From an uncultured Acidobacteriota bacterium (GTDB taxonomy: Bacteria > Acidobacteriota > Blastocatellia > Pyrinomonadales > Pyrinomonadaceae), in assembly GCA_963728575.1 (NCBI GenBank), contig CAVSKT010000007.1:23357-87356 (forward strand): a DNA stretch of 64,000 nucleotides, written 5' to 3'. Within the stretch, counting starts at the first letter, position 1, and every line of letters begins with the position of its first letter. Shown here one piece after another: positions 1 through 9,588 of the stretch. The position numbers and the translations under genes are program-made. Below the pieces are notes generated by a model, which was given only the letters and a program-made list of their open reading frames with translations, was not told where the DNA came from and ran no database searches.

Positions 1-28
1 ATTACTGTTCTTCTAACATCCCGAACCG

Positions 29-1582
29 ATGAATGTGCCAATGAAATCCAAATCAATCCTCCTTCTGTTAATCGCTTTATTGTGCTCACCAGCCCTGGCC
101 CAGACCAACAAACGCAGAGGCGCAGTTCGCAAACCTGTTGTTACAACACCGCAACCTGAGCCCGTAGCTCAACCACCCGCAGCTGCACGACCTGTGGTGC
201 CGCAGCAACCGGTTTCCCTCGTCGTCGTCAACGGTCAAACATTCACCAGCTCTGATCTCCAGCCTCCTGCGCGTCAGGAGTTGGAAGGTCTCGATGCGGA
301 CATCGCCGAAGCTCGTGCCGGTCTTTTAGACGTGCAAATCAACACGATGCTGCTCCAGGTCGAGGCTAAAAAGCGTGGTATCGATACGCGCCGTTTATAT
401 CAACTCGAAGTAATCAGTCGCATACCCGTAATCACCCAGGCCGAGATCAAAAAGTTTATCGACGACAATCGCCAACAAGTTGAAGGTATGGATCCGGCTG
501 TGGCGAACAAACAGGTCGCGGCGTTTCTACGCCAACAGGCCGAAACTAAACTCGCCGACGATCTCGTCAAGCGATTGCGAAAGACAACCCCGATTGTCAT
601 GGGCGTCGACGTTCAATCCGCGAGTCTCAATCCTAATTCAGTAGTTGCCACAGTCGGAGGCGAGCCCTTGAAAGCAGCCTCATTACTCGAACGGCTAAAA
701 CCAATCATCTTCAGAATGAGACTCGAGGCTTACGAACTCGCGAAGAAGCAAACGGATCAATTGGTAAACGACACATTGTTACTTGAAGAAGCACGCCGTC
801 GACAGGTTGGACCAGAAGAAATTATTCGCGCGGAGGTTAGCGACAAAGTTAAGAGCCCATCTGAACAAGAGGTAGCAAAATTTTACTCTGACAACAAAGC
901 GCGCATCTCTGGAGATCTGAACAGCGTACGTAATCAGGTGGCGAATTACCTGCAGGAGCAGTCGAGACAACAACTGGAGCAGGAACTCTCAGCAAAGCTT
1001 CGCAAGAGCGCGAACATTCGTTGGCTCATAACCGAACCCGAACCGCCGGTCCAGAACGTCAGCGTCGATGACGATCCTGCGCGAGGCGAAGTAAATGCGC
1101 CGGTAACGGTCGTTGAGTTCACTGACTTTCAATGTCCTGCATGCGCTGCGATGCATCCTGTTTTAGAAGAGGTGTTGAAGTCATACGGCAATAAAGTGAG
1201 GTTTGTCGTTCGCGATTACCCACTGGCCCAGCACGAGCACGCGCGTAAAGCCGCAGAAGCAGCAAATGCCGCAAAGGCCCAGGGAAAATTCTTCGAATAC
1301 GCTGCGCTGCTTTTCAAAAATCAGAAGGCACTCGATACAGCATCGTTGAAGAAATACGCCAGCGATCTTGGCTTGAACCGAACGCGATTTGATGCTGAAT
1401 TGGATCGCGGTGTGTATGAAGGCGAAGTCAACAACGATCTGGAAGACGGAGATGTATATGGCATCGGAAGCACACCAACTATATTCGTGAACGGAGTACA
1501 ACTCAGAAATTTGAGCGCCGACGGGTTACGCGAAGCGATCGACCGTGCCGCTGCCAATGTGACAAAGGCTCAGCCACAATAA
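29..1582 (+). CDS. Secreted thiol:disulfide oxidoreductase: DsbA-family thioredoxin fold with a long N-terminal chaperone-like region
   Basis: 517-aa ORF with signal peptide MKSKSILLLLIALLCSPALAQ and a Pro-rich linker. C-terminal FTDFQCPACAAMHP CxxC motif in a DsbA-like context. Alternative in-frame ATG at 41. Confidence 0.8.
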   Translation: MNVPMKSKSILLLLIALLCSPALAQTNKRRGAVRKPVVTTPQPEPVAQPPAAARPVVPQQPVSLVVVNGQTFTSSDLQPPARQELEGLDADIAEARAGLLDVQINTMLLQVEAKKRGIDTRRLYQLEVISRIPVITQAEIKKFIDDNRQQVEGMDPAVANKQVAAFLRQQAETKLADDLVKRLRKTTPIVMGVDVQSASLNPNSVVATVGGEPLKAASLLERLKPIIFRMRLEAYELAKKQTDQLVNDTLLLEEARRRQVGPEEIIRAEVSDKVKSPSEQEVAKFYSDNKARISGDLNSVRNQVANYLQEQSRQQLEQELSAKLRKSANIRWLITEPEPPVQNVSVDDDPARGEVNAPVTVVEFTDFQCPACAAMHPVLEEVLKSYGNKVRFVVRDYPLAQHEHARKAAEAANAAKAQGKFFEYAALLFKNQKALDTASLKKYASDLGLNRTRFDAELDRGVYEGEVNNDLEDGDVYGIGSTPTIFVNGVQLRNLSADGLREAIDRAAANVTKAQPQ

Positions 1583-1607
1583 ACAAAGCGCGCGAGGGGG
1601 TTTTCAC

Positions 1608-3278
1608 ATGGTGGTTTCACTAAAACCGGAGCGACTGAAGCGTTACAAAGACGTCGCAATGCTCCTGATCAAGTACGGGCGTTCCGATCTTATCAGTGCA
1701 GCAGGACTGGAAGGCAGTGTTCTGCCCGATGAGATCGCGGCGGAAACGGAGACTGCGCCGGCAGAGGACCTTGCCAGGGACCTCGAACAACTTGGTCCAA
1801 CTTTCATTAAGCTAGGACAGCTACTATCGACCCGCGCCGATCTAATGCCTGGTCCTTACCTCGAAGCCTTGGAACGATTACAGGATAGTATTGAACCGTT
1901 CCCCTATGAAGAAGTTGAGCGAATTGTTTCCGGCGAACTCGGCGTCAGGATATCCAAAGCATTTGCCGAATTCGATCCGGCGCCACTTGCCGCAGCCTCT
2001 CTGGCACAGGTCCATCGCGCAACTATGCGCGACGGCAGATCTGTTGTCGTTAAGGTCCAGCGACCTGATATTCGAGAACTGATCGTTGGTGACCTCGAGG
2101 CATTAGGAGAAATCGCGCATTTTCTCGATCAGCATACCGAACTCGGCAGGCGTTACGAGTTTGACAACATGCTTGTGAACCTGCGCAAGAGTCTATTGCG
2201 TGAGCTCGACTTCACAATCGAAGCAAACAATCTTCACGCCATCGCAAAAAACCTCGCCGAGTTTGAAGAAATAATCGTTCCCGAACCTATCGACGATTTC
2301 ACTACCACGCGCGTTTTGACGATGGACTACATCGCGGGAAAGAAAATAACCGCGCTCAATCCATTGCGACTTCTGGAGATCGACGGAAGTTTACTCGCCG
2401 AAGAGTTGTTCAGCGCTTATCTCAAGCAGTTTCTGGTAGATGGTTTGTTCCACGCGGACCCGCATCCGGGAAATGTTTTTGTCACCGACGACGACCGCAT
2501 TGCTTTGCTGGATCTCGGTATGGTCGGACGTGTCACGCGAACTTTTCAGGACAACCTGTTGAGACTAATGCTTGCAATCAGCGAAAGCAGAGGCGAGCAA
2601 GCCGCTGAGGCAGCGATCAAGATGGGCCAACCGAAGGAAGGGTTTGATCGCGAAGGCTTCAAACGACGAATCACAGATCTCGTCGCCGAGCACGGCGACG
2701 CTGTTTTGAGCCGGCAGGACGCCGGTAGAGTGACGCTCGAAATCACGAGGATCTCGGCCGATTGCTGGTTCCACCTGCCGGCCGAATTCACGATGATCGC
2801 GAAGGCCCTGATGAACCTCGATCGAGTTGTGTACACACTTGATCCAAACTTCGATCCCAATTCGATCATTCGCGAACGTGCGAATGAGATTCTGCAACAA
2901 AACATCCTCAAGAGTGTTGCTCCAACCAGTCTCTTATCGGGAGTCGTCGATCTGAAGGAGTTCGCCGAGAAGCTTCCTACTCGTGTCAATCGAATTCTTG
3001 ACGCAGCCGGAAACAACGAACTCCGTTTCAAGGTTGACGCGATTGATGAGAAGATTGTGATGGAAGGTCTTCAGAAAGTCGCCAATCGCATCACACTCGG
3101 TCTGATTGTGGCGTCTCTTATTGTAGGGGCCGCGATGTTGATGCGTGTGGAGACTTCTTTCCGGATCTGGGGTTATCCAGGACTGGCGATGATCTTTTTC
3201 CTACTGGCGGCAGCGGCAGGTCTGGGCCTCGTTTTCACTATTCTTTTTTACGACGAGAAGCGTCGCAAAAAACACTAG
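1608..3278 (+). CDS. ABC1/UbiB-family atypical protein kinase with C-terminal transmembrane helices
   Basis: 556-aa ORF with GAGGGGG upstream of the ATG. ABC1 signature LGPTFIKLGQLLSTRADLMP, kinase-like HADPHPGNV and LLDLGM, and a hydrophobic C-terminus. Confidence 0.85.
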   Translation: MVVSLKPERLKRYKDVAMLLIKYGRSDLISAAGLEGSVLPDEIAAETETAPAEDLARDLEQLGPTFIKLGQLLSTRADLMPGPYLEALERLQDSIEPFPYEEVERIVSGELGVRISKAFAEFDPAPLAAASLAQVHRATMRDGRSVVVKVQRPDIRELIVGDLEALGEIAHFLDQHTELGRRYEFDNMLVNLRKSLLRELDFTIEANNLHAIAKNLAEFEEIIVPEPIDDFTTTRVLTMDYIAGKKITALNPLRLLEIDGSLLAEELFSAYLKQFLVDGLFHADPHPGNVFVTDDDRIALLDLGMVGRVTRTFQDNLLRLMLAISESRGEQAAEAAIKMGQPKEGFDREGFKRRITDLVAEHGDAVLSRQDAGRVTLEITRISADCWFHLPAEFTMIAKALMNLDRVVYTLDPNFDPNSIIRERANEILQQNILKSVAPTSLLSGVVDLKEFAEKLPTRVNRILDAAGNNELRFKVDAIDEKIVMEGLQKVANRITLGLIVASLIVGAAMLMRVETSFRIWGYPGLAMIFFLLAAAAGLGLVFTILFYDEKRRKKH

Positions 3279-3287
3279 ATCAATACG

Positions 3288-3911
3288 CTATTCGCGAGGA
3301 ATGATGTTTCCCGTGGTATTAGGCTGCGGCGAAGGCGCGTATTTCGCGAACAGACGAAATCCAAGCAGGAACAATAAAATAAACGCGAAGGTCAACGGCA
3401 AGCGTATGTCTGACTTCACCAGCATCCAAAAGTGGACCACTCCTGCAATTGCCGCAAGGTAAACAAGCCGGTGTAATCGAGCCCAGCGTTTTCCTCCGAG
3501 TCGCTTTACCATCTTGTTAGTTGAGGTTATCGCGAGCGGAACCATCAGAAAAAACGCGGTCATGCCCACAAGAATGAATGGGCGCTTTACAACGTCCTGG
3601 CCCACGCTGATTAAATTGAACAATCGATCAAACCAGACATAGGTAAGCAAATGTAGCGCTCCGTAAAAAAACGCGAACAGCCCGACCATCCGTCGAATTT
3701 TAACGAGAGAATTAATACCAAAGATCTTTCTCAACGGCGTGATCGCAACGGTGAGGCTCAAAAAGATCAACGTCAGCATACCTGTGGTTCGGGTGGCAAA
3801 CTCAAGCGGATTTGGACCAACTCGTTTGTAATAAACATCCCACAGCAGCAACACCAGTGGCACAAGTGCGTTGACGAAGACGACCAGCTTGGCGAATCTT
3901 AAGTCACTCAT
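3288..3911 (-). CDS. msrQ: Protein-methionine-sulfoxide reductase heme-binding membrane subunit MsrQ (YedZ family)
   Basis: 207-aa polytopic membrane ORF with conserved His in TM helices. Starts 1 nt after the msrP stop, the classical msrPQ arrangement. Confidence 0.8.
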   Translation of the reverse strand: MSDLRFAKLVVFVNALVPLVLLLWDVYYKRVGPNPLEFATRTTGMLTLIFLSLTVAITPLRKIFGINSLVKIRRMVGLFAFFYGALHLLTYVWFDRLFNLISVGQDVVKRPFILVGMTAFFLMVPLAITSTNKMVKRLGGKRWARLHRLVYLAAIAGVVHFWMLVKSDIRLPLTFAFILLFLLGFRLFAKYAPSPQPNTTGNIIPRE

Positions 3912-3912
3912 T

Positions 3913-4875
3913 TCAAAAGTTCTTCACCAGATCCATGCCTTGATACAGATGCGCCACCTGTTCGGCGTAGCCGTTGAATAAGAGCGTGTCACGCCGGCCA
4001 TACTCGCCGATTCGTCGTTCTGTTGCCTGGCTCCAACGAGGATGCGCAACGCCTGGATTTACGTTCGAGTAAAACCCGTATTCGTCGGGCGCCTGTATAT
4101 TCCACGTCGTCGGTGGTTCATCAGCGACCAGCGTGATCTTCACAACTGATTTGATGCTCTTGAAGCCATACTTCCAGGGCACCACGAGCCTGATTGGCGC
4201 TCCATCCTGCGGTGGCAACGTTTCACCATACAATCCCGTCGCCATGATAGTTAGCGGATGCATTGCCTCGTCGAGACGAAGACCTTCGACATAGGGCCAA
4301 TCAAGAATTCCCGTGTTTTGGTTTGGCATTCGCACCGGATCGAGCAGTGTTTGAAAAGCTACATAACGAGCTGCCGAAGTTGGTTCAACTTTTTCGAGTA
4401 GCTTGTTTAGCGGAAAGCCAATCCAGGGAATCACCATCGACCATCCTTCAACGCAGCGCAATCTGTACACGCGTTCCTCGAGTGGAAACTTCAGCAACTC
4501 ATCCAGATCAAAAACTTTCGGCTTGTTTACCAGGCCTTCGATAGCCACCGTCCACGGCCTCGTAACAAAACCTTTCGCTGCGTAAGCGACACCGCTCTTC
4601 GAAGTATCAAACTCGTAGAAGTTGTTGTAGTTCGTAATCGCTTCCAGGGGCGTCTTCGCGTCGGATACGGAGTATCCATCTTTCAGCGCTGCTTCGTTTG
4701 GTGCGTTGAGGGTCGTCGTAAGCTTATCGCCCTCAGTTCGTTCGGCCGGCGGCAAATTCAGCCTTCGGTAGAGCAATGTGCTCGCCGTCGCTGTTCCCGC
4801 CAAAACTGCCGCGCGCATGAACAGCCTGCGGTTCATGTAAACGCTCTTCTCGGTGATTTTTAACTTCTCTGCCAT
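3913..4875 (-). CDS. msrP: Periplasmic molybdopterin-dependent protein-methionine-sulfoxide reductase MsrP (YedY family)
   Basis: 320-aa ORF with a twin-arginine signal ([13 protein letters not shown]). [20 protein letters not shown] closely matches the YedY core motif. Confidence 0.85.
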   Translation of the reverse strand: MAEKLKITEKSVYMNRRLFMRAAVLAGTATASTLLYRRLNLPPAERTEGDKLTTTLNAPNEAALKDGYSVSDAKTPLEAITNYNNFYEFDTSKSGVAYAAKGFVTRPWTVAIEGLVNKPKVFDLDELLKFPLEERVYRLRCVEGWSMVIPWIGFPLNKLLEKVEPTSAARYVAFQTLLDPVRMPNQNTGILDWPYVEGLRLDEAMHPLTIMATGLYGETLPPQDGAPIRLVVPWKYGFKSIKSVVKITLVADEPPTTWNIQAPDEYGFYSNVNPGVAHPRWSQATERRIGEYGRRDTLLFNGYAEQVAHLYQGMDLVKNF

Positions 4876-5135
4876 CTGGAAACCCTGGTTTTTAGAATAC
4901 CTCTATTAGTCGTCAGGTTCGCCAAATACTTACGAGGACAGTGTCGCACTTGGATTTCTCCATTAAAAGTCTTGAGCAACAGGCGTGTATCGGAATAGTA
5001 TCCACGTAGTCGTTGTGTCGCCCCAATTGAAGGACGATCGCGTGGAACAACCATCATCCCTACCTCCCGACCAACTCAAAAGACGAACCCGCCGATAAGA
5101 TTGGATTTCGAAGCAGACTGCTGCGGTGGGGAATC

Positions 5136-6510
5136 GTGTTGGCAGTCGCCGGCATAATTCTGTTAATTCCCGTTCCGTCAGGCATCACTCCGAAGTCGTG
5201 GCGCTTGCTTGCAATCTTCGCAGCAACCATCACCGGATCAATCGTCCGACCTATTCCCGGCGCCGCCATCGTTTTGTTAGGCATCGCGGCGTTGCCGCTG
5301 TTCAGAGTTTTGACAATCACTGAGTCTCTGACGGGCTACGCCGATCGATTCGTATGGTTAGTCCTGGCAGCCTTTTTCATATCCCGAGGAATGATCAAGA
5401 CCGGGTTGGGACGGCGCATCGCGTTCCTTTTTATCAAAGCCATTGGCCGGCATTCACTCGGACTCAGCTATGCGCTCGGTTCTACGGAGATGGTGCTCGC
5501 GACCGTGATCCCCTCAACCGGTGCGCGCTCCGGTGGAATAATCTTTCCTATCGCAAAGAGCCTTGCCGAAGCTTACGAATCCAGGCCTGGACCGACTGCC
5601 AATCGCCTCGGCGCTTTTTTGATGACGAGTGTTTATCAATGTAACGTCGTGGTCTGTGCGATGTTTCTGACAGGCCAGGCCTCAAACCCGATCATCGCAG
5701 AGTTTGCGCTGTCAAGTAACCGGAATCGAAATCACGTATGCGCGTTGGGCCATCGCTGCAATCGTTCCCGCGCTTTTATGTCTGCTGATTGTTCCGTGGC
5801 TTTTGTATCGAGTGTTTCCTCCCGAAATAAAACACACGCCCGCAGCCAGGGAGTTGGCTTCAGAGGAATTAAGGGCGATGGGCCCGATGAAGTGGTCGGA
5901 ATGGCTAATGCTGTTGGTATTTGCGCTCGTCGCGATCCTCTGGATGACAATTAAGTTTCATGAAATCGATTACGCAGCGGTCGCTTTACTCGGCATCAGT
6001 GTGCTCCTGGTCACTGGAGTGTTGGACTGGGAGGATTTGATCAGCGAGAAGGCAGCATGGAGTGTATTCATTTGGTATGGCGGTTTGATTCGCATGGCCG
6101 AAGCATTGGGCCAGACGGGAATCACTAAAAGATTTGCGGAAGCGTCCGCCAGTTTGACCATGGGGTGGAAATGGTGGCTCGCCCTCGCATCGCTTCTTTT
6201 GATCTATTTTTATGCGCACTATGTTTTCGCAAGCATCACTGCCCACGTGACTGCGATGTTTGTCCCGTTCCTTATCGTGATACTCGCCGCTGGAACTCCT
6301 ACTTACCTGGCCGTTCTTTCGTTGGCTTACTTTTCTAACCTCGGTGCTTCACTTACTCATTACGGCACAACACCAGCGCCCATCTACTTTGGCGCCGGTT
6401 ATACAACACAACGAACCTGGTGGTGGCTTGGACTGATTACATCCATAACAACGATCGCGGTGTGGAGTTTGGTCGGGTTCACATGGTGGAAAGTCCTCGG
6501 ACTCTGGTAG
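5136..6510 (+). pseudogene. DASS-family (divalent anion:Na+ symporter-like) anion permease, interrupted by a +1 frameshift near 5712-5716
   Basis: Two overlapping ORFs in different frames (5136-5954 and 5704-6510). The first is permease-like up to ...QASNPIIAEFALS and then turns non-membrane-like. The second resumes as VTGIEITYARWAIAAIVP... and stays polytopic to the end. Confidence 0.7.
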
Positions 6511-6532
6511 CAACGTGAGGAAAGAAAAAACT

Positions 6533-6955
6533 ATGGCCGGATACTCCTCGACCCCTTTAGCAAAGAAACTTGGAATCAAGGAAGGATCTCGAATCGGATT
6601 GGTCAATGCGCCGAAGGATTTTGAAACTGAGTTAGGCGAACTTCCCGATCGAGCAGAGTTCGTTAAACGTCTCACCACGTCACTCGACATTATTCTCTTC
6701 TTTGTCTTAAAGGAAAGCGCGCTCTTGCGAGACTTTGACAAGCTCGCAAAGAAACTTGTAACGAATGGAATGATCTGGATTGCGTGGCCGAAAAAGAGTT
6801 CAGGAGTCACGACCGATCTTACTTTTGATTCGGTGCAACGCATCGGCCTCGATGCGGGATTAGTTGATGTAAAGATTTGCGCGATCGATGACACCTGGTC
6901 TGGCTTGAAGTTCGTGTATCGACTCAAAGATCGCGCGAAGCGAACATCTTCATAA
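6533..6955 (+). CDS. DUF3052-like small cytoplasmic protein
   Basis: ORF 6515-6955. ATG 6533 (MAGYSSTPLAKKLGIKEG...) is preceded by AGGAAAG. The N-terminal LGI..G pattern resembles DUF3052, recalled from memory only. Confidence 0.55.
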   Translation: MAGYSSTPLAKKLGIKEGSRIGLVNAPKDFETELGELPDRAEFVKRLTTSLDIILFFVLKESALLRDFDKLAKKLVTNGMIWIAWPKKSSGVTTDLTFDSVQRIGLDAGLVDVKICAIDDTWSGLKFVYRLKDRAKRTSS

Positions 6956-7465
6956 ACGATTTCCACAGATCCTGAGGAAATCTTTGTGGAAAACCGAGGG
7001 TAGAGTTTTACAAAGCTGTTACAACCGCACACTTAGAACACTTTGCACACATGAGCGGCGTGCTCGAAAAGCTATATGTAAGAACGTGTTAAGGCTAAAT
7101 ACACACTCTCAAATTTGATCCTCGACGCAGTTGGTCCAACATCGTTTTTAACCGCTCATTGTAGATTTTTTCCACGCGCTACTAATTGTGGGACCAGCAA
7201 AATTCAATACGAACTACTTGCGCCAAACAGACGGCGAACGGTTTTTAATTTTTCGAGAGCACGCGAATTTTCTAAAGAAATCGAACGACTCAAAAAGTCG
7301 TTCGCGACAATTAAAACACAAAACTCAACTTCAACATGTGCGTGAAGTGATCACGTATCCTCTCGTATAAGAGTTGTTTGCGATCTCAAAAAGTGGTCTT
7401 GAACTGAAGATTGATCTGTAAAACTTCGTAGCTGATCTCGAGTCGAAACAAATCTGAAAAAGGTG

Positions 7466-7493
7466 TTGCAAAAAACGTCTTGATAACTATAAT
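7466..7493 (+). promoter_or_regulatory. Sigma70-like promoter candidate (TTGCAA, 16-nt spacer, TATAAT)
   Basis: TTGCAA at 7466-7471 and a perfect TATAAT at 7488-7493, inside an AT-rich 870-bp non-coding stretch about 330 nt upstream of the 7827 CDS. Confidence 0.3.
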
Positions 7494-7826
7494 GCGAATC
7501 CCTCGCTGAACATATTGATTGCCATTAAAAGTTGATCAGCGGCCTGTGTTTGAATCGATTGAAGGTTAACTAGCTCTCATATTTTTTTTTCTCGCAATTG
7601 CCCGGAGACCTTCAACGAGATACAAGTCAGGGAAGTGTGGGGCGCGACTAAGTGCGGTAGTTGCGCAAGGCAATCTACGGCGATCGGTTCTTGGGATCTT
7701 CGCCAATCAATAACCCCCAAATTTAAGTGCCTTGCCGGACGCAACCCGACATCCGGATTAAGGTGTAGTGTTGTCCGGAAACGGATTTAGCCTCAAAAGT
7801 TTTTTAGCCCAGCTTGGAGTGCGGAA

Positions 7827-8435
7827 ATGACGGAGCTTAAGTTGTCCCCTGACGTGAAACATTGTCCGATTTGTTCAAATGATTTGCCGATTTCAGAATT
7901 TGGAATTTGCCGCGCACGAAAAGACGGTCGCAATCTTTATTGCAAAAGTTGCATCCGTCACAAGGTTACTCAAAGCCGTCGCGCTTTGAAGGAATACAAA
8001 ACCGCTCGCAAGAGATACATTACTCAACAGGTTGATATCGCGGAGCTGCTTTCTGCCGACTCATCAGGCGGTGCTCAATATCCTGCTAAGGCGATGAGCA
8101 AGTTGTCGCCGGTAGAGCGCGTGCGCGATGCCATTCGTCGCGGCTCGCGGACGCAACGTGAAATAGCCCAGGAAACTAAACTCGGCAAAGACGAGATTGG
8201 AGATGCTTTAGCCAATCTACTTCTTTGGACTCACGAGATTCGAACCCAGGTTGTCGAAAATACTCGGCTTTACTTCCTGAACGATTCCACAGAAGCGGCA
8301 ACTGTGGACGATGGTCCGCGTCTTCCGGCGCGGAAACGGGATGTGCCGAGCTCGTTCAGTTGTTTGCATGGATTAATGCCCGGACGGAACCCTGAAGGTG
8401 AACCCGAAAAAATCGGGGGCTGGGTGGCAGCCTAG
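7827..8435 (+). CDS. Hypothetical protein: N-terminal CxxC...CxxC zinc ribbon plus a central winged-helix-like segment
   Basis: 202-aa ORF with GGAG 7 nt upstream. Contains CPICSNDLP...CKSCIRHK and the HTH-like SRTQREIAQETKLGKDEIGDALANLL. No family recognised. Confidence 0.6.
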   Translation: MTELKLSPDVKHCPICSNDLPISEFGICRARKDGRNLYCKSCIRHKVTQSRRALKEYKTARKRYITQQVDIAELLSADSSGGAQYPAKAMSKLSPVERVRDAIRRGSRTQREIAQETKLGKDEIGDALANLLLWTHEIRTQVVENTRLYFLNDSTEAATVDDGPRLPARKRDVPSSFSCLHGLMPGRNPEGEPEKIGGWVAA

Positions 8436-8451
8436 CTTCCATTGCCAAATT

Positions 8452-8490
8452 CCGATTGCCAATTGTTGATACGAAGCAATTGGCAATCGG
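8452..8490. terminator. Perfect 14-bp stem hairpin between convergent genes (bidirectional terminator candidate)
   Basis: CCGATTGCCAATTG (8452-8465), an 11-nt loop, then CAATTGGCAATCGG (8477-8490). The stem extends imperfectly by about 6 bp on each side. Confidence 0.6.
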
Positions 8491-8508
8491 CAATTTGTAA
8501 TCGGGAAA

Positions 8509-8973
8509 TCACTTTTGGTCAGCAAAAGCCTCGAGGACCTCACTGGCGTGATCTTCGGGCTTGACCTTCTCAAAGACCTTTTTGATCCTGCCCTTCTCAT
8601 CGATCAGGAAGGTGGTGCGATGGACGCCCATATATGTTCGTCCCATAAACTTCTTCTCTCCCCAAACGCCGTAGGCTTCCGCGATCGAACGATCCGTGTC
8701 GGCTAAAAGAGTGAAAGGAAGTTTGTACTTCGTCTCGAACTTCTTATGGGATTTTTCGCTGTCTGGAGAAACGCCCAGCACGGTGATTCCTTTTTTCTTG
8801 AACTGCGAAAAAGCGTCGCGAAAAGAGCAGGCTTCCTTGGTGCATCCAGGCGTGTCGTCTTTTGGATAAAAATAAAGTACTACTTTCTGACCGCGTAGGC
8901 CCTTCAAGCTAACAGTTTCACCGTTGGCATCGGTTGTGGTAAAGGCAGGCGCAGTAGCTCCTTCTTTGATCAT
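8509..8973 (-). CDS. bcp: Thioredoxin-dependent thiol peroxidase (Bcp/PrxQ-type peroxiredoxin)
   Basis: 154-aa ORF with YFYPKDDTPGCTKEACSFRD (peroxidatic and resolving Cys five residues apart). Confidence 0.9.
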   Translation of the reverse strand: MIKEGATAPAFTTTDANGETVSLKGLRGQKVVLYFYPKDDTPGCTKEACSFRDAFSQFKKKGITVLGVSPDSEKSHKKFETKYKLPFTLLADTDRSIAEAYGVWGEKKFMGRTYMGVHRTTFLIDEKGRIKKVFEKVKPEDHASEVLEAFADQK

Positions 8974-9034
8974 GTTTCATCCTCTGGTTAGTCTTGATTT
9001 CGCTGGCTGATTGTAGAGGATCAGGGTCATTTTC

Positions 9035-9493
9035 ATGAAAGCTACAACAAAGAACAAACATAACTACTGGATGGTTAAGCAGGAACCGGATACGTACTCG
9101 TGGGACGACTTTGTGAAGGACGGCCGCACAGACTGGACGGGAGTCAGGAACTTTCAGGCTCGAAACAATCTCAAGGCGATGAAACCCGGCGACAAGGTTC
9201 TTTTCTATCATTCCGGCAAAGGAAAAGAAGTTGTCGGACTCGCTGAGGTTGTAAAAGGCTCCTATCCGGATCCGACTACCGATGATCCCCAGTGGGTCGC
9301 GGTTGACCTCAAACCGATCAAGCCGTTGGCGACTTCGGTTCAATTAGCCGCGATTCGTTACGACAAACGTCTCAGTCAACTTCCGCTCATTCGCCAGTCA
9401 CAACTGTCAGTAATGCCTTTGACGAAGGATGAGTTTGACGTGATTGTGTCGATGGGAACCAGCAGGGGAAGGAAACAGAACCGAGCGCGGTAG
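9035..9493 (+). CDS. EVE (PUA-like) domain protein
   Basis: 152-aa ORF. NYWMVKQEPDTYSWDDFVKDGRTDWTGVRNFQARNNLKAMKPGDKVLFYHS is the typical stand-alone EVE domain signature. Confidence 0.85.
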   Translation: MKATTKNKHNYWMVKQEPDTYSWDDFVKDGRTDWTGVRNFQARNNLKAMKPGDKVLFYHSGKGKEVVGLAEVVKGSYPDPTTDDPQWVAVDLKPIKPLATSVQLAAIRYDKRLSQLPLIRQSQLSVMPLTKDEFDVIVSMGTSRGRKQNRAR

Positions 9494-9560
9494 CGCCGGG
9501 TAAATCATCCAATCACGCGCCGTTGAGAGGAGATTTACCCGGCGCTACCGCGCTCGGTTC
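9478..9560. repeat. 29-bp perfect inverted repeat (25-nt loop) overlapping the EVE gene stop codon
   Basis: GAACCGAGCGCGGTAGCGCCGGGTAAATC (9478-9506) and its exact reverse complement (9532-9560). Lies between convergent genes. Confidence 0.8.
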
Positions 9561-9588
9561 CTTTCTGATATGAGAATGACGAACCCTC

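Noticed and set aside
6349-7032. 227-aa minus-strand ORF overlapping the end of the permease and all of the DUF3052-like gene
   Set aside because: It overlaps two better-supported plus-strand genes. Its composition is Ser/Phe/Lys-rich with no motifs.
7115-7370. Small ORFs (76 and 60 aa) in the AT-rich tract
   Set aside because: They have no RBS and overlap each other. Their composition is typical of random AT-rich sequence. They are treated as non-coding.
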